Shown: piece after piece, positions 51,831-64,000 of the stretch
Layout of the letters: every line of letters starts with the position of its first letter
Position numbering within the stretch: position 1 is the stretch's first letter
Source: Takakia lepidozioides
Taxonomy: Eukaryota > Plantae > Bryophyta
NCBI GenBank assembly: GCA_030704615.1
Contig: CM060734.1
Location: 55,552,001-55,616,000 of the forward strand
DNA: 64,000 nt
Reading direction: 5' to 3'
Notes under the pieces: generated by a model
Told to the model about the DNA's origin: nothing
Seen by the model: only the letters and a program-made list of their open reading frames with translations
Database searches by the model: none
Translations under genes and position numbers: made by a program

Positions 51831-51907
51831 ACTCCCTTTGGACTGCTGATTGTGACTTGGAATGGTCAGGATCCAAGTCCAAGTCATAATCAGGAGTCCA
51901 AGGGAGT
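51831..51907. repeat. Short foldback with CTCCCT/AGGGAG ends (Stowaway-like miniature element)
   Basis: ~30-bp arms actccctttggactgctgattgtgacttgga and tccaagtcataatcaggagtccaagggagt differ at three positions. Confidence 0.55.
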
Positions 51908-54135
51908 AACGGTCAGTAGGAGTATAAATAGGCTAACTAATATGCAATATAAAATACCTCTATAAGAATGACAATAGGCTAATCTTCCCCCTAGGAACAA
52001 TTATATACTCCGGGATGACCCCTAAGGGATCATTCCGCCTTGGAAGCAGGGTCAGGTCGGAAGGCCAAGACACTTCTAACGAGGCAAAATGATATCGACC
52101 CAGGGCGTTAAGGGCGAGTTGATGTAGCTTCACTCTTGAAACGTGGCAAGATACACAAAAACTATAATATGGAGTAGGGTGCACATAATATCAAGTAGGC
52201 AGGGCATAATATGGGCAGGGAGGCATGGAAACGTGAGTAGAAAGGATTTAGTCTTCCAGCTCAATGAAGTAATCTGATTCAACTGACTTTAGAGGTGCCA
52301 TCCCCATGGCTTTGGTCACCTGTCGCCTCACCCATGGGGTGGGCCTGTGAAGGGCACCTCCCCTATTACATGGAAAGCTGTTCAGCTTGCGCAGCTCATA
52401 GGAATATCCGAGTACAAATGTCCCATAAAGTCGTGTTCCCGCATTGGAAATGCTCTCAAACAGAAATTGTATACACCTCCATGTTAAGGCTGGGTGGCTT
52501 CACCCCACCATTCATCCACGTGGACGAATGAAAAAGCACTGCAAGAGTGACTTTGGGCATTTTCCCTCATTATCTTTCATGCAATCCAGTTGATGTCAAG
52601 TTTTCCTTTGGGCATTCAAACAAGACCAATAACAAGTGTGAAGGTCACTCATCAATACTACCCCCTCCGATCATTTCTTACTTAGGTGTCCTGCGTCTTC
52701 CTGTACAGAAGCATCATGCCAACACTCCAAAAGCCCAAAATCAACACATCAATCCATGATTTATGTTTTAGTACTTCAACCAAACACTTGGTTGCCAGTG
52801 GGTACTTCATGGTAATTTCTGATTGGATTTTCAGCCCTGCATAGTAAGATACCGTCACTGCTCAGAGAGGATGCAGTCAAGGGCATGCCAATATTCACAT
52901 TCTCCTTCCTTCAACAATAAATTCCAGCTCCACTGGCAACACTTCACATTCCAGACCATAGGGCCAATAAAGGAACCGAAATGGGGAATTAAAATTCGAT
53001 TGACGACTACTAGCAGGAAGTACTATACATACATGAGATACAGTCTATGATGCATGGCCCAATTCTCCTGGTTCCAGACTGACAAGCAGGAGGAAGATCA
53101 AACAGGAACTTTGACTCTCACTGCAGAGAGGAGCCCTCTGCAGCCCTAAAGAGAAATGATCGACACTCTCAAGTACGTAGGGTACACAGTATCCCACAAA
53201 GTATCAGCAAGATTGGTTTAGCATCAAACAGCCGGTTACAGCACTTACTTGAATTCATCAGTAAACATTGCACCAATTGTAGCACAGTTTTGTAGAGGAG
53301 CCCCTCACCATCAAGCCCGAACAATATAAAGGTTAATTCAACTGTGAACCAACATGGCTTCCCTTCCATTCTGGCTGCTGCAGAGCAAACTCTCCCATGG
53401 CATTGCAGGATCCGAACCAGAGTCTCCCGCATGCTAACCGCCTAGCACAACATGCTGTACTAAACTCTATAGAACCTTATCTTCCTATGCCCAAGAAGAT
53501 ACCGAAATATGCACTCTATCTCTCTCCTGCTTTTGGGGTGCCCTTCAAAGATGGCACCCGTGATTTGTGTTGATTGACAAGGGAGAAAGAACAGGTAGGA
53601 GTCTAGACTGTCTCTTTACACCAACCAATGAAAGCACCCAACCTGAACACACAAATAAATGCAAATCTTACACAACCCTGCCACACCAAGCCCACATCTA
53701 ACTCCTGCTAACGTCTGGGCAAACAGAAGACGTAAAAATTAGGGAAACAGCAAAATAAAAAGACAACAGACAGCTTGGATAGAATATGGCAAACGCATTT
53801 TGCGGGCCTCCTTGTACATACCCTCTCTGCTACCAGTCCCCTCAAAAAAGCCCTACCCATCAACCCCCTTTGTTTTCCAACCTACCAAAGTCGCAGTATA
53901 GATTGCCATTTGCAGTCTGCCATTTCGTCCTGCGTCTGTAGCCACCTATTACAGAGAACAATACACACCTGTCAACCTATTGGTCCTGAGCCAAGCAGAA
54001 TCCCCACAGATTACGAGGGGAGAGGATGTGGAGGGTGAGGGGGGAAGGCTTGAATGTGAAGAAAACGGGCTCCGTTTGACCTCGATTGACAATAACTGGC
54101 ATTGGCACAACGCATGCCTCATTGACTCTGAAACG

Positions 54136-57100
54136 CTAGATCCCAACCACAGCCCTCTGTCCCTGGTGTGGGAGGCCACTCCCCATATTGTTGCTAAATC
54201 CAGGCTGTGTAAGCAACATGCCATCAGATGAAGTAATATAATAGTTATTATTATTATTGCGCGATCCTGCAACAGCTTCAAGACGCTTCCAGGTAGTCTC
54301 ACGCTTCTCTTCAAGCCCCTTGGCCTTGGCCTCATCCTCTTGGAACTTGAGCTGGCATTCCTGAAAGAGCTCTTGGTCCATCTCCAGAAACATTTTGCGC
54401 ACATTGAGTGTCAGTCCATGCACTGCTTGGTTCCAATGGCTACGTGTATTCCTCTCCAGCGATGTGTAGATCAAGGGGAGCACAACCTGCCGATTTTGAG
54501 CCACTAAGTTCACGATGTGGTCATTATTCCACAAAAACAAAGCACGCTCCGACACCTGGGGCACCAAACAGCCCACCCAGTTGGATGAAGAACATGGAAG
54601 AATAACAAATTGAAATTTGATGAGCAGCACACACACACACACACAGAGCACCCATTCCCAAAAGGAAGGTGTCACTAGAGCCAACATCTCAAGGAAGGGG
54701 GCATAGAGGCGTTTGGTTTGCAAAAGTAATCATAGAATCAGAGTAGAGATAGTCCAGTCCATGCAAGTAAGCAAGCCAGTAAGCGCCCATTCCAAAAGGA
54801 AGACCAAATACTCAAGCAAGGGCACATATAGAAGCCCTTGGTTTGCAAAAGTATTGCTAGAATCAGAGTATAGCTTGTCGAGTCCATATAAGTTCCTCAT
54901 AGTGTCAACTCTCTTTGTGTTGTCAACTCTCTTGGTTGGTCAACGGCCACAAGGCTACGGCAAACGTCGTCTTATGAGTACACTCTCTTTGTGTTGCCAT
55001 ACTAAGCAGCCCATCATGGTGTTAAAGGAGTCTGAATGGATACCTTCCTGGTAGCCATAGTGTAGTCAGCTCCTTCAGCCCTTGCCTGCTCCTCTTCTAA
55101 ATGAGAAGAGTCCAGGCTTTCTAACCTTATAGGGCAGCAGCTTGTCAAGACCTAAGGAGAACCCTACTGAGTCATCCTCATGAATCATCCGGTTCTCCAT
55201 TTTCCCGTTCCGATCTAGGAAAATAAATCGGAACAGCATAATCAGGCACTTCTTGATGGTTGTTGACAAAGAACTTAGCATCAAGGAAAGAGAATGTACA
55301 CATAAGACGTTATTTGCCGTAGCCTTGTGGAAATTGACCCGCCCAGTTTGAGCGCAACAATTCAAGGAAGAGATTGTACTCATAAGACGTTGTTTGCCGT
55401 AGCCTTGTGGCCATTGACCCCGCGCCCAGTTTGAGCGGGAACAAAAGGGACAGAACCTACCTCTGTCAGGGGCTGACGTTGGTAGTAACACTTACCTCCA
55501 TATAAATCCGGGTTTTCCAGATATCCTCTAGAAATCCCTTCACACAAGCATCAATCTGCTGTGTGTGATTTGCCCAAAAACTAGGCCTCAGGAGGGCCTG
55601 GGCTTTTGGCTCAGCCTCGAGACTTGCAAAGTTGGTAAACAGGGGTACAGGCACAATTCCCTTAATAGATTTGAAGAGAGCGTCTCTTTGGTGAGAGAAC
55701 CCCGGACAGTGTATCAGAAAATGAATACTGTCTTCAGATTGCCCACACAACGGGCAATTGCACTCTCCCTTTCCTCTCTGCTTCTGTTTGCTGTTCAAAG
55801 GTAGGCTTCCTGCCCTGAGTTTAAATTTCAGTCTAGTGCCGAGAGTGGGTAGACCCTTGAGGTCATCCAAGATGTCCTCCCCCATGTCACAGACTGGAAA
55901 CAAGTTCAGGGAAGTTTTCTGCCTAACTTCATTTTCATCAGACAATCTCATGGCAACAGACATGGCTGAGGACACTACAGCCTCTAAGTCAGATTTATCC
56001 AGCAGGGTCAAGACTTGCGGATCCAGGTCCAGGTCCTTGAGGATCTCTTCTACTCTCTTCTGCCAGGACTTAGCCTGTTTGACAGGGCGGTCCTGTTTCC
56101 AAGATATAGAGTCGATTAATTTAGGATATCTGGTGTTGGGCATATGTTGCAGCTGACCCCACCATCTGACCTTGAATTCATCTCGTCGGGAGCTTAAGGA
56201 CGGAATGCCAAACTCACCCCGAACAGCCACATTGGCTGTTTTGGAGCATGCTGACATACACTCCTTAAGCACCCCCACTTGAATGGATTCTAGAGACTTA
56301 GCCTGGTTGGAGTTATCAACCCATATAGCAGATCCGTACTCCAAGGCAGGTCTAATAACGCGACAAAGCATCGTTTTCTTAACCTCAGAGTTGACCCCTC
56401 TGCAGTGGAAAAATTTAGTGAGCCCCAGAGCTTTGCCCTTGCCAGTTTGAACAACTTTCCGGATATGTGCATCCCAATTACAATTGGAGGAAAACTCAAC
56501 GCCCAGGTAAGTGTAGGAAGGGAGGACCGGGATCTCTTGGCTACCCCACTGCCACTTAAGATCACTTCCTCCCTCTCCTCTGTCGTTGAATGCTACCACT
56601 GCACATTTGCTGACATTAGCCTCTAGCCCCCAAAGATCAAAGTATCTCTTCGCACAATCAATCAACTCCTGGAGATTGGTTGGAGTCTCCCCTATGCCTG
56701 CGAAGTCATCCGCAAACATAAGGGCTGGTATGGTGGTATCACCCACCCTTAACCCAAATCCCTCACTTTCCACATCCTCGAGGAGTTGATTGATGAAAAC
56801 ATTGAAGAGCAGAGGGGAGAGAGTACATCCTTGAGCTACACCTTGGTCTATGTCAAAGAAGTTGGACTTCTGTCCGTTAACAGTGACACAGCTTTTGGTG
56901 TGAGCATACAAGTTGTGGACAACTCTCCACATCTTTCCCTTGATCCCACAAGACCAGAGGCGGAACCATAGGCCATCCCTCCACACTGTGTCATAAGCCT
57001 TTTTGACATTCAGGAAAAAGACATAAATGGGTTTCCCTTCTTTTTTCCTTCCCTGGATAATCTGGCTTAGAGTGAAGATATGATCCACACAGCCCCTGTT

Positions 57101-59004
57101 TCACCGAAAGCCAGCTTGGCCTTTGTGGAAACAACCTCTGGACTCCAGATCAACCTCGAGACGAGTACTTATAACTCTGCAGAATGTCTTGCCAACAGCA
57201 TTGAGGAGCGTGATGCCACGGTAGTTCCCCGGTTCTTCTCTGTCACCCTTCTTGTATAGATTGACAATGACCCCCTGTCGCCAGCGAAAGGGGATCATTT
57301 CAGTCTTCCAGATAAGGTTAAAGAGGAGAACTAGGGCCTCTATCATGGGATCGCCACCGTGCTTGATAAGCTCGTTGACAATACCATCAGGTCCACCAGC
57401 TTTATATCCATTTAAATGTTCAATTGCTTCCACAATCTCAGAAGAACTAATGGGAGCATTATAAGCCATTGAAATATACTCCAGTTCATCAGGGCTGTTT
57501 TGAATCATAGGAACAGTTTTTCCAACTGTGTCCCTCCATTCAGCAGAAGACCCCTCACTGTTAGACCTAGAAGTTCTGCCAAGGATACTGTAGTGAGTTT
57601 CAAAGGTTTTGACAATGTCAACCGATGAAGTCACCACTGCACCTTTAGTAGTCTTCAGCGCTTGTACTTGCTGACCGTTTTTCGGTTTGTACAAACGTTG
57701 AAGGGCCAACCAGAATTTCTTGTCATTACCACCATGGTGGTTTGAGTTTATTTCACTGTATAACTTGTCCCAGTATAATTTCTTCTGAGACCTAACAAGC
57801 TGATTGATATCTTTACGGAGCTGGTAGTACCTCGCCCACAATTCTCTGTTGGTTTCCAAATTGCAGCACTCTTTATAGAGGGCTCGTCTCTCAGCTATCT
57901 TGAGTTTAATCTCATTAGTCCACCAATTAACTGCTCTACCGCAGACAATTAGTTTCCTCCCAATGATCTTGTCAGCCACGGAGGAAACGAAACTCTCCCA
58001 AGAGTCCACTGCTCTTTCGACTTCATTTCTTGCGTTAACAGAGCGTGACTGAAGTTCTTGGAGCGATTGGACAAAATGAGGGAGAGCCTCTTGCAAGGCC
58101 TGGACGTACTCAGCCTTGACCTCCTCATTGTGGAATTTTTCTATGCGCCACTTCCGAATCGAAAGTTTCACAGATCTCTTGGTGGTGGGAAAACACCTTT
58201 TGATCTCAGTCCAAACCAGGAAGTGGTCAGAGGTACCAATATCAGTTCTGTCGATCAACACATTGGCACACTGGGGGAACAAAATTTTGTCCATTATGAT
58301 ATAGTCCACAATGGAACGTTCCCCAGTTTGGTTTCTCACGAGTCCACTGCACTTGGTCACCTCTTGTCCTGTTATTCAAGGAAGAGAGAGAGAAAGAGAG
58401 AGAGATCCTGAAGCCTCTCATTTTCAGGTTTCCGAATTCGACACAAGGCATTGGCTACAGTAGACCAGCCAAGAGAGCAATGTACTGACCGGATCATGAA
58501 GAAGGTGTACACATTTACTCTATTATGCTGCTGCTACAGGGCCTAGCACAAGACATGTATTAGTTCGCCATCAAATGTCCTGTTTGTTCACTAGGAACTG
58601 TCATGGACATACCAGTCTCCTTGCCTTACAAACAGAAATGTACGAGCAGATCAAAAAGCAATTTCTCAACACCACGACAGGATTAAGTAATCCACGAGTG
58701 GGGTTGGCTGCCATATTCAAGGATGGAGAGAGAGCCAGAGGGATCAGGCAGTTCTTGAGTGTTGTTACACTGAACATATCCACATTCGAGGAAAAAGAGA
58801 GAGGGAACGCGCACTCATAAGACGTTTGCCATAGCCTTGTGGCCATTGACCCTGCGCTCAGTTTGAGCGGAACAAAGAGAGAGTTGTACTCATAAGACGT
58901 TGTTTGCCGTAGCCTTGTGGCCATTGACCCCGCGCCCAGTTTGAGCGGAACGTAAAGGGACAGAGCCTACATCAGTCAGGGGCTGACGTCGGTAGTAAGA
59001 CTTA

Positions 59005-59045
<41 letters not shown>

Positions 59046-61004
59046 CTCATAAGACGTCGTTGGGCGTCGCCTTGTGGCCATTGACCCCGCGCCCAGTTCG
59101 AGCGGAAACAAAAGGGACAGAACCTACCTCTGTCAGGGGCTGATGTTGGTAGTAAGACTTACCTTCATATATAGAATTAATCCGGGTTTTCCAGATATCC
59201 TCTAGAAATCCCTTCACACAAGCCTCAGGAGGGCCTGGGCTTTTGGCTCAGCCTCGAGACTTTCAAAGTTGGTAAACAGAGGTACAGGCACAATTCCCTT
59301 GATAGATTTGAAGAGAGCGTCTCTTTGGTGAGAGAACCCCGGACAGTGTATCAGAAAATGAATACTGTCTTCAGGTTGCCCACACAACGGGCAATTGCAC
59401 TCTCCCTTTCCTCTCTGCTTCTGTTTGCTGTTCAAAGGTAGGCTTCCTGCCCTGAGTTTAAATTTCAGTCTAGTGCCGAGAGTGGGTAGACCCTTGAGGT
59501 CATCCAAGATGTCCTCCCCCATGTCACTGACTGGAAACAAGTTCAGGGAAGTTTTCTGCCTAACTTCATTTTCATCAGACAATCTCATGGCAACAGACAT
59601 GGCTGAGGACACTACAGCCTCTAAGTCAGATTTATCCAGCAGGGTCAAGACTTGCGGTTCCAGGTCCAGGTCCTTGAGAATCTCTTCTACTCTCTTCTGC
59701 CAGGACTTAGCCTGTTTGACAGGGCGGTCCTGTTTCCAAGATATAGAGTCGATTAACTTAGGATATCTGGTGTTGGACATATGTAGCAGCTGACCCCACC
59801 ATCTGACCTTGAATTCATCTCGTCGGGAGCTTAAGGACAGAATGCCAAACTCACCCCGAACAGCCACATTGGCTGTTTTGGAGCATGCTGACATACACTC
59901 CTTAAGCACCCCCACTTGAATGGATTCTAGAGACTTAACCTGGTTGGAGTTATCAACCCATATTGCAGATCCGTACTCCAAGGCGTACTAATAACGCGAC
60001 AAAGCATGGTTTTCATAACCTCGGAGTTGACCCCTCTGCAGTGGAAAAATTTAGTGAGCCCCAGAGCTTTGCCCTTGCCAGTTTGAACAACTTTCCGGAT
60101 ATGTGCATCCCAATTACAATTGGAGGAAAACTCAACGCCCAGGTAAGTGTAGGAAGGGAGGACCGGGATCTCTTGGCTACCCCACTGCCACTTAAGATCA
60201 CTTCCTCCCTCTCCTCTGTCGTTGAATGCTACCACTGCACATTTGCTGACATTAGCCTCTAGCCCCAAAGATCAAAGTATCTCTTCGCGCAATCAATCAA
60301 CTCCTGGAGATTGGTTGGAGTCTCCCCTATGCCTGCGAAGTCATCCGCAAACATAAGGGCTGGTATGGTGGTATCACCCACCCTTAACCCAAATCCCTCA
60401 CTTTCCACATCCTCAAGGAGTTGATTGATGAAAACATTGAAGAGCAGAGGGTAGAGAGTACATCCTTGGGCTACACCTTGGTCTATGTCAAAGAAGTTGG
60501 ACTTCTGTCCGTTAACAGTGACACAGCTTTTGGTGTGAGCATACAAGTTGTGGACAACTCTCCACATCTTTCCCTTGATCCCCCACAAGACCAGAGGCGG
60601 AACCATAGGCCATCTCTCCACACTGTGTCATAAGCCTTTTTGACATCCAGGAAAAAAACATAAGTGGGTTTCCCTTCTTTTTTCCTTCCCTGGATAATCT
60701 GGCTTAGAGTGAAGATATGATCCACACAACCCCTGTTTCGCCGAAAGCCAGATTGGCCTTCGTGGAAACAACCTCTAGACTCCAGATCAACCTCGAGACG
60801 AGTACTTATAACTCTGCAGAATGTCTTGCCAACAGCATTGAGGAGCGTGATGCCACGGTAGTTCCCCGGTAGAGAGAATGTACTCATAAGACATTGTTTG
60901 CCGTAGCCTTGTGGCCATTGACCCCGCGCCCAGTTTGAAAACCAAAGGGACAGAACCTACCTCTGTCAGGGGCTGACATTGGTAGTAAGACTTACCTCCC
61001 CGGT

Positions 61005-61035
<31 letters not shown>

Positions 61036-63478
61036 TGGCCCACCCGAGGTTGGAGTCCCTTGGCATGCCAAAGTTGCATTAGGGCTTTTTGGTCAAACTT
61101 TGATTTTGGATGTTTCCTCATCCACCCACAAAGGAGAAGAGATGCACTTTAGTTGGCATCACCTTGTGACCATAGGCTCTGCACCCATGTTGGGCACAGC
61201 AGGAAAGTGGGGCAAGGTCAAGAGTAGACTAAAAGCCACTACAAGAGCTGAAGGACCTACACCTTATACAGAAGATTTTGTTTCTGGCCTCCAAGTTTCC
61301 TGAGAACCTCTTTATCACAGAATCCACCTGACTAAACAAGAACTCACAATAAAGACTCAAGCAGGGCTGACTTGCAAGTGTATGACACTGAGCGAAAAAA
61401 GGGGTAGAGACCAACATTTGAACATCACTGTAATTTAAAGCACAATGTAAGTTGGAAAAGCTTCAGGCCAGTGTGCAATACATTTTTGAGTCCCACTTGT
61501 TTACCACAAGCTGAGAGACAGATTCAAGTTGGTTTGAGCCAAGCTTCAGCTCAGTTACTTTAGAGCAGCATGTTTGTGTGACTCTTTGTGACCGCACATA
61601 TATTCAGTCTGCACTCCATGTGTGACAATACAGGTCCAGATGCACTCATTGGCCACTCCCTATGCAGGATAAAAGATGTCTAAATGGGTTTGAAATGTGC
61701 AAGCCCAGCTGATGTTTTCACATACACGGCATCGAGTGTTGATTTAAGGTCTCACATTCAAATCACGGTGATAACAATACCACTACTGCAGCACTTACAT
61801 GTGCTGTGCCATCACACTGCCAGTGAAATTCTACATAGGAACATTGATATCAATTATGTATGGGCCAATACACAGCAAGAGCGGTACACAAGGAGAGCAG
61901 ACTGGAAGCCTCATAATTGCAGAAAGTCGGCTCAAGTGGTGCAAGTTACCCAGAGAGAGAGATAGAGAGAGAGATTCCTAGCTATACTTTCTCAACTCCT
62001 TTGGGCCAGTTTCGCTGGGATGTCTTACATTACTTCTATACTCCAACATCAACACAGGAGGGTACTCTCCAAAAGGAATTTAATTTGACAAAGCCCAGAA
62101 AAGACTGCATATGTCTCCTTGAAAAAGTAACACAGTCTAAAGACAACCACTGATTACTTTTGGTGAATAGAGGAAGAATCCTCACTCGTAGGCAAATGGA
62201 TCTCAGATTCCCAAATGTGAGCAGCAATGGGCAAGGACGCACCTGGAAATGCGAGCTATTGAGACAGCGGCCAATTTGCCGGAACAAAGGAACCATACAG
62301 CGCTGAAACTCGGCAGCCTGGGTGGCCTCCAACACTTCCTCAAGCTCTCCAATAAACAGAACCTCCTTCTGGCTATTTGTGACGGGCCAATACTTGAGCA
62401 GGCCCCTGATTACAGTGTCTGCCAGCTTGAAATCCTTCTCCACGAACTGAATTATACAATACGATAGCTGCTGATGGTACATTGACACACATTTTGGTTT
62501 GTGCAAAGGAATCAATGCACGCACAAGGAACAATTTGTGCTCTTCTTTCAGAGGAAGAGCAAACCCATTGATGATGCTACCCAGAATCTCCAACAGCTCG
62601 GCAATGCCATTGTGTTTTTCAGTCTCAAAAATAAACCTGTAGAAGATGTTGTTGATGGCCTTCCGAATGAAGGGCCGGTGAACCATGAACTTGCCATAAA
62701 TACGGTGCAGTATAGTTTTTAAGTATTCCCTCTCTCTTGGATCCTCGGAATCAAAAAGATCTAGTAATCTGAGCACAAACGAATGGTCAATATATCTCTT
62801 CGCCAGCTTTGCATCCGTTTCAGATGAAACAACATAGCGCAACAGAAACTCATACACAATTTGCAGATGTGGCCACGCTGGCTCCATGGTTGGCTCTTCT
62901 TCTTCGGGATCAAAGTTTTCAGAACCTGTGTTTTCATGCGAGGAGGGGGGAAGTGTGCGGAAGAGGTTAGCCACGAGCATTTTCGTGATGTCTTCATAGA
63001 CTGCTTCAGTGAACTTGCCAGTACCTGCTGTCACATAGTCCACCAATTCCAGCAGGGTTAACCTCTTGGTTTCTTTCTCTTTCACATTCTTTGCGGGGTC
63101 TGCAAAGTCGAATGTGTAGGAGCACAAATTCAGTTTTTTAAGGAAAAGATTCTGCCTATCTGAGCTCGGGACATCTCTAAACGATGGCAACGGCTCAAAA
63201 CTGCCATTTGGAATCTTTTCCTTCGATGGCCCGGGGCGCTGTGCTGAGACAGCTGCGGCCGCTGGCGCACTGGTTCGAACAACAGGCGCCACCGCTGCTC
63301 GTGCCCCCCCTGCGTTCGTGCTGGGTTTGGAGGCCGGCTGTGGAGCAGACGTAGCCGAGGCTGATGATGATGAAGCCCCAGACCCTGAAGAGGCATTCCA
63401 GGAGGGATCATTGTTGTTATTTTCAGCCTTGCTCGTACCCTTGCTGCTGCGGATCACTTTCCTCAGATTAAACACCAT
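54136..63478 (-). CDS. PPP2R5: Protein phosphatase 2A regulatory subunit B' (B56 family); exons 62243-63478 and 54136-54555, ~551 aa
   Basis: B56 motifs [75 protein letters not shown]|VSERAL is joined across a phase-0 GT-AG intron (54556-62242). Confidence 0.96.
54938..54981 (+). mobile_element. Very short LINE 3'-end insertion in the opposite orientation
   Basis: ggtcaacggccacaaggctacggcaaacgtcgtcttatgagtac, with ACTCTCTTTGTGTTG duplicated at 54908-54922 and 54982-54996. Confidence 0.85.
55374..58373 (-). mobile_element. Longest young LINE copy (3.0 kb, 5'-truncated): partial APE, RT and C-terminal CCHC finger; RTE/RTEX-like
   Basis: ORFs 57101-58360 and 55466-57088 are in frame, split by one TGA (CGA in the sister copy). 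Motifs [70 protein letters not shown] at 55360-55373 and 58374-58387. Confidence 0.95.
58810..59005 (-). repeat. Two stacked short LINE 3'-end copies separated by GA tracts
   Basis: ctcataagacgtt...tagccttgtggccattgacc...gtttgagcggaac at ~58814 and ~58889. Confidence 0.9.
59041..60870 (-). mobile_element. Young LINE copy (1.8 kb, 5'-truncated, frameshifted)
   Basis: Near-identical to 55374-57230; ORF pieces 60483-60887, 60259-60621, 59927-60268 and 59214-59981. Confidence 0.93.
60878..60996 (-). mobile_element. Short LINE 3'-end copy with 15-bp TSD
   Basis: TCCCCGGTAGAGAGA at 60863-60877 and 60997-61011. Confidence 0.9.
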
Positions 63479-64000
63479 GCCTAGCTACCTATCCTGTTCC
63501 CCTCTCTTCACCTGCCTGTGTATGTTCTAAACACTTGCATGCGCAAGCCCTACGAGAATACCCCCTTAAGGTGATGTCCTGGTGACCACCACTGCATTTG
63601 CAAGATGCTGTTTTAGAGCACGCGTCCACATCTACCGGGTCTGCACTTTTCCGGCATCCCACACAGTGCTCAGCCTTGCCAGTATGCCATCGGAGCTATC
63701 CAATCCACCGTCGCACTGCTTTCAGTACTTGCAGACATGTCCTCTGCCTGACAATCTGGCACAGAGGAAAATTAGTGCAGACGGCAAAGGTGATGGTTAA
63801 CAGCAGCCTCAAGACCGTTCTTGCACGCTACAAATCCAAGTCCCAAGCATCTCATCAGACCCTACAGCGATCGCCATGCCGGGGCCACCACTCACCTTCT
63901 CCCCACAAAGTCCACATCCATCAAGCGGACTCCCAATGCACAAACATCGAGCAGGTACCAGCGCCTAGCCAGCTACGGCCGGAACCTCCAGCAAGCGAAC

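Noticed and set aside
49820-53900. Short ORFs between the retrotransposon and the PP2A gene
   Set aside because: All are under 100 aa with no recognisable motifs; treated as intergenic, 3' UTR or decayed TE sequence.
58800-59220. Repeated ~60-bp motif resembling a CRISPR or ncRNA array
   Set aside because: The repeats are 5'-truncated LINE 3' ends separated by GA tracts; there are no unique spacers or cas genes and the context is eukaryotic.

Overview
Eukaryotic, transposon-rich land-plant DNA. A non-seed plant is my inference, from the PLS-type PPR remnants and the element types. Two host genes lie on the minus strand: a 5-exon mTERF-family gene (~29.3-35.3 kb) and a 2-exon PP2A B'/B56 regulatory subunit gene (54.1-63.5 kb). 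The rest is mobile or repetitive DNA: a PPR-derived tandem array, a decayed CACTA element whose accessory gene contains a NIF/FCP1-like phosphatase domain, a young non-autonomous CACTA inside an L1-like LINE, a Ty3/Gypsy gag+LTR fragment, and many copies of an APE-RT LINE inserted at (GA/TC)n tracts. The standout is a 10.9-kb Ty3/Gypsy element (38929-49815, minus strand, AATT target duplication). Its polyprotein has a complete DNMT3-like C5 cytosine methyltransferase between protease and RT, and a PHD finger after the integrase. Its terminal repeats are split/permuted (B-internal-A-B-A) around an att-like GACA-GT-TGTC junction, and a 17-nt self-complementary tract sits where the primer-binding site should be. 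This copy has decayed. All domain calls come from reading motifs by eye; no searches were run.
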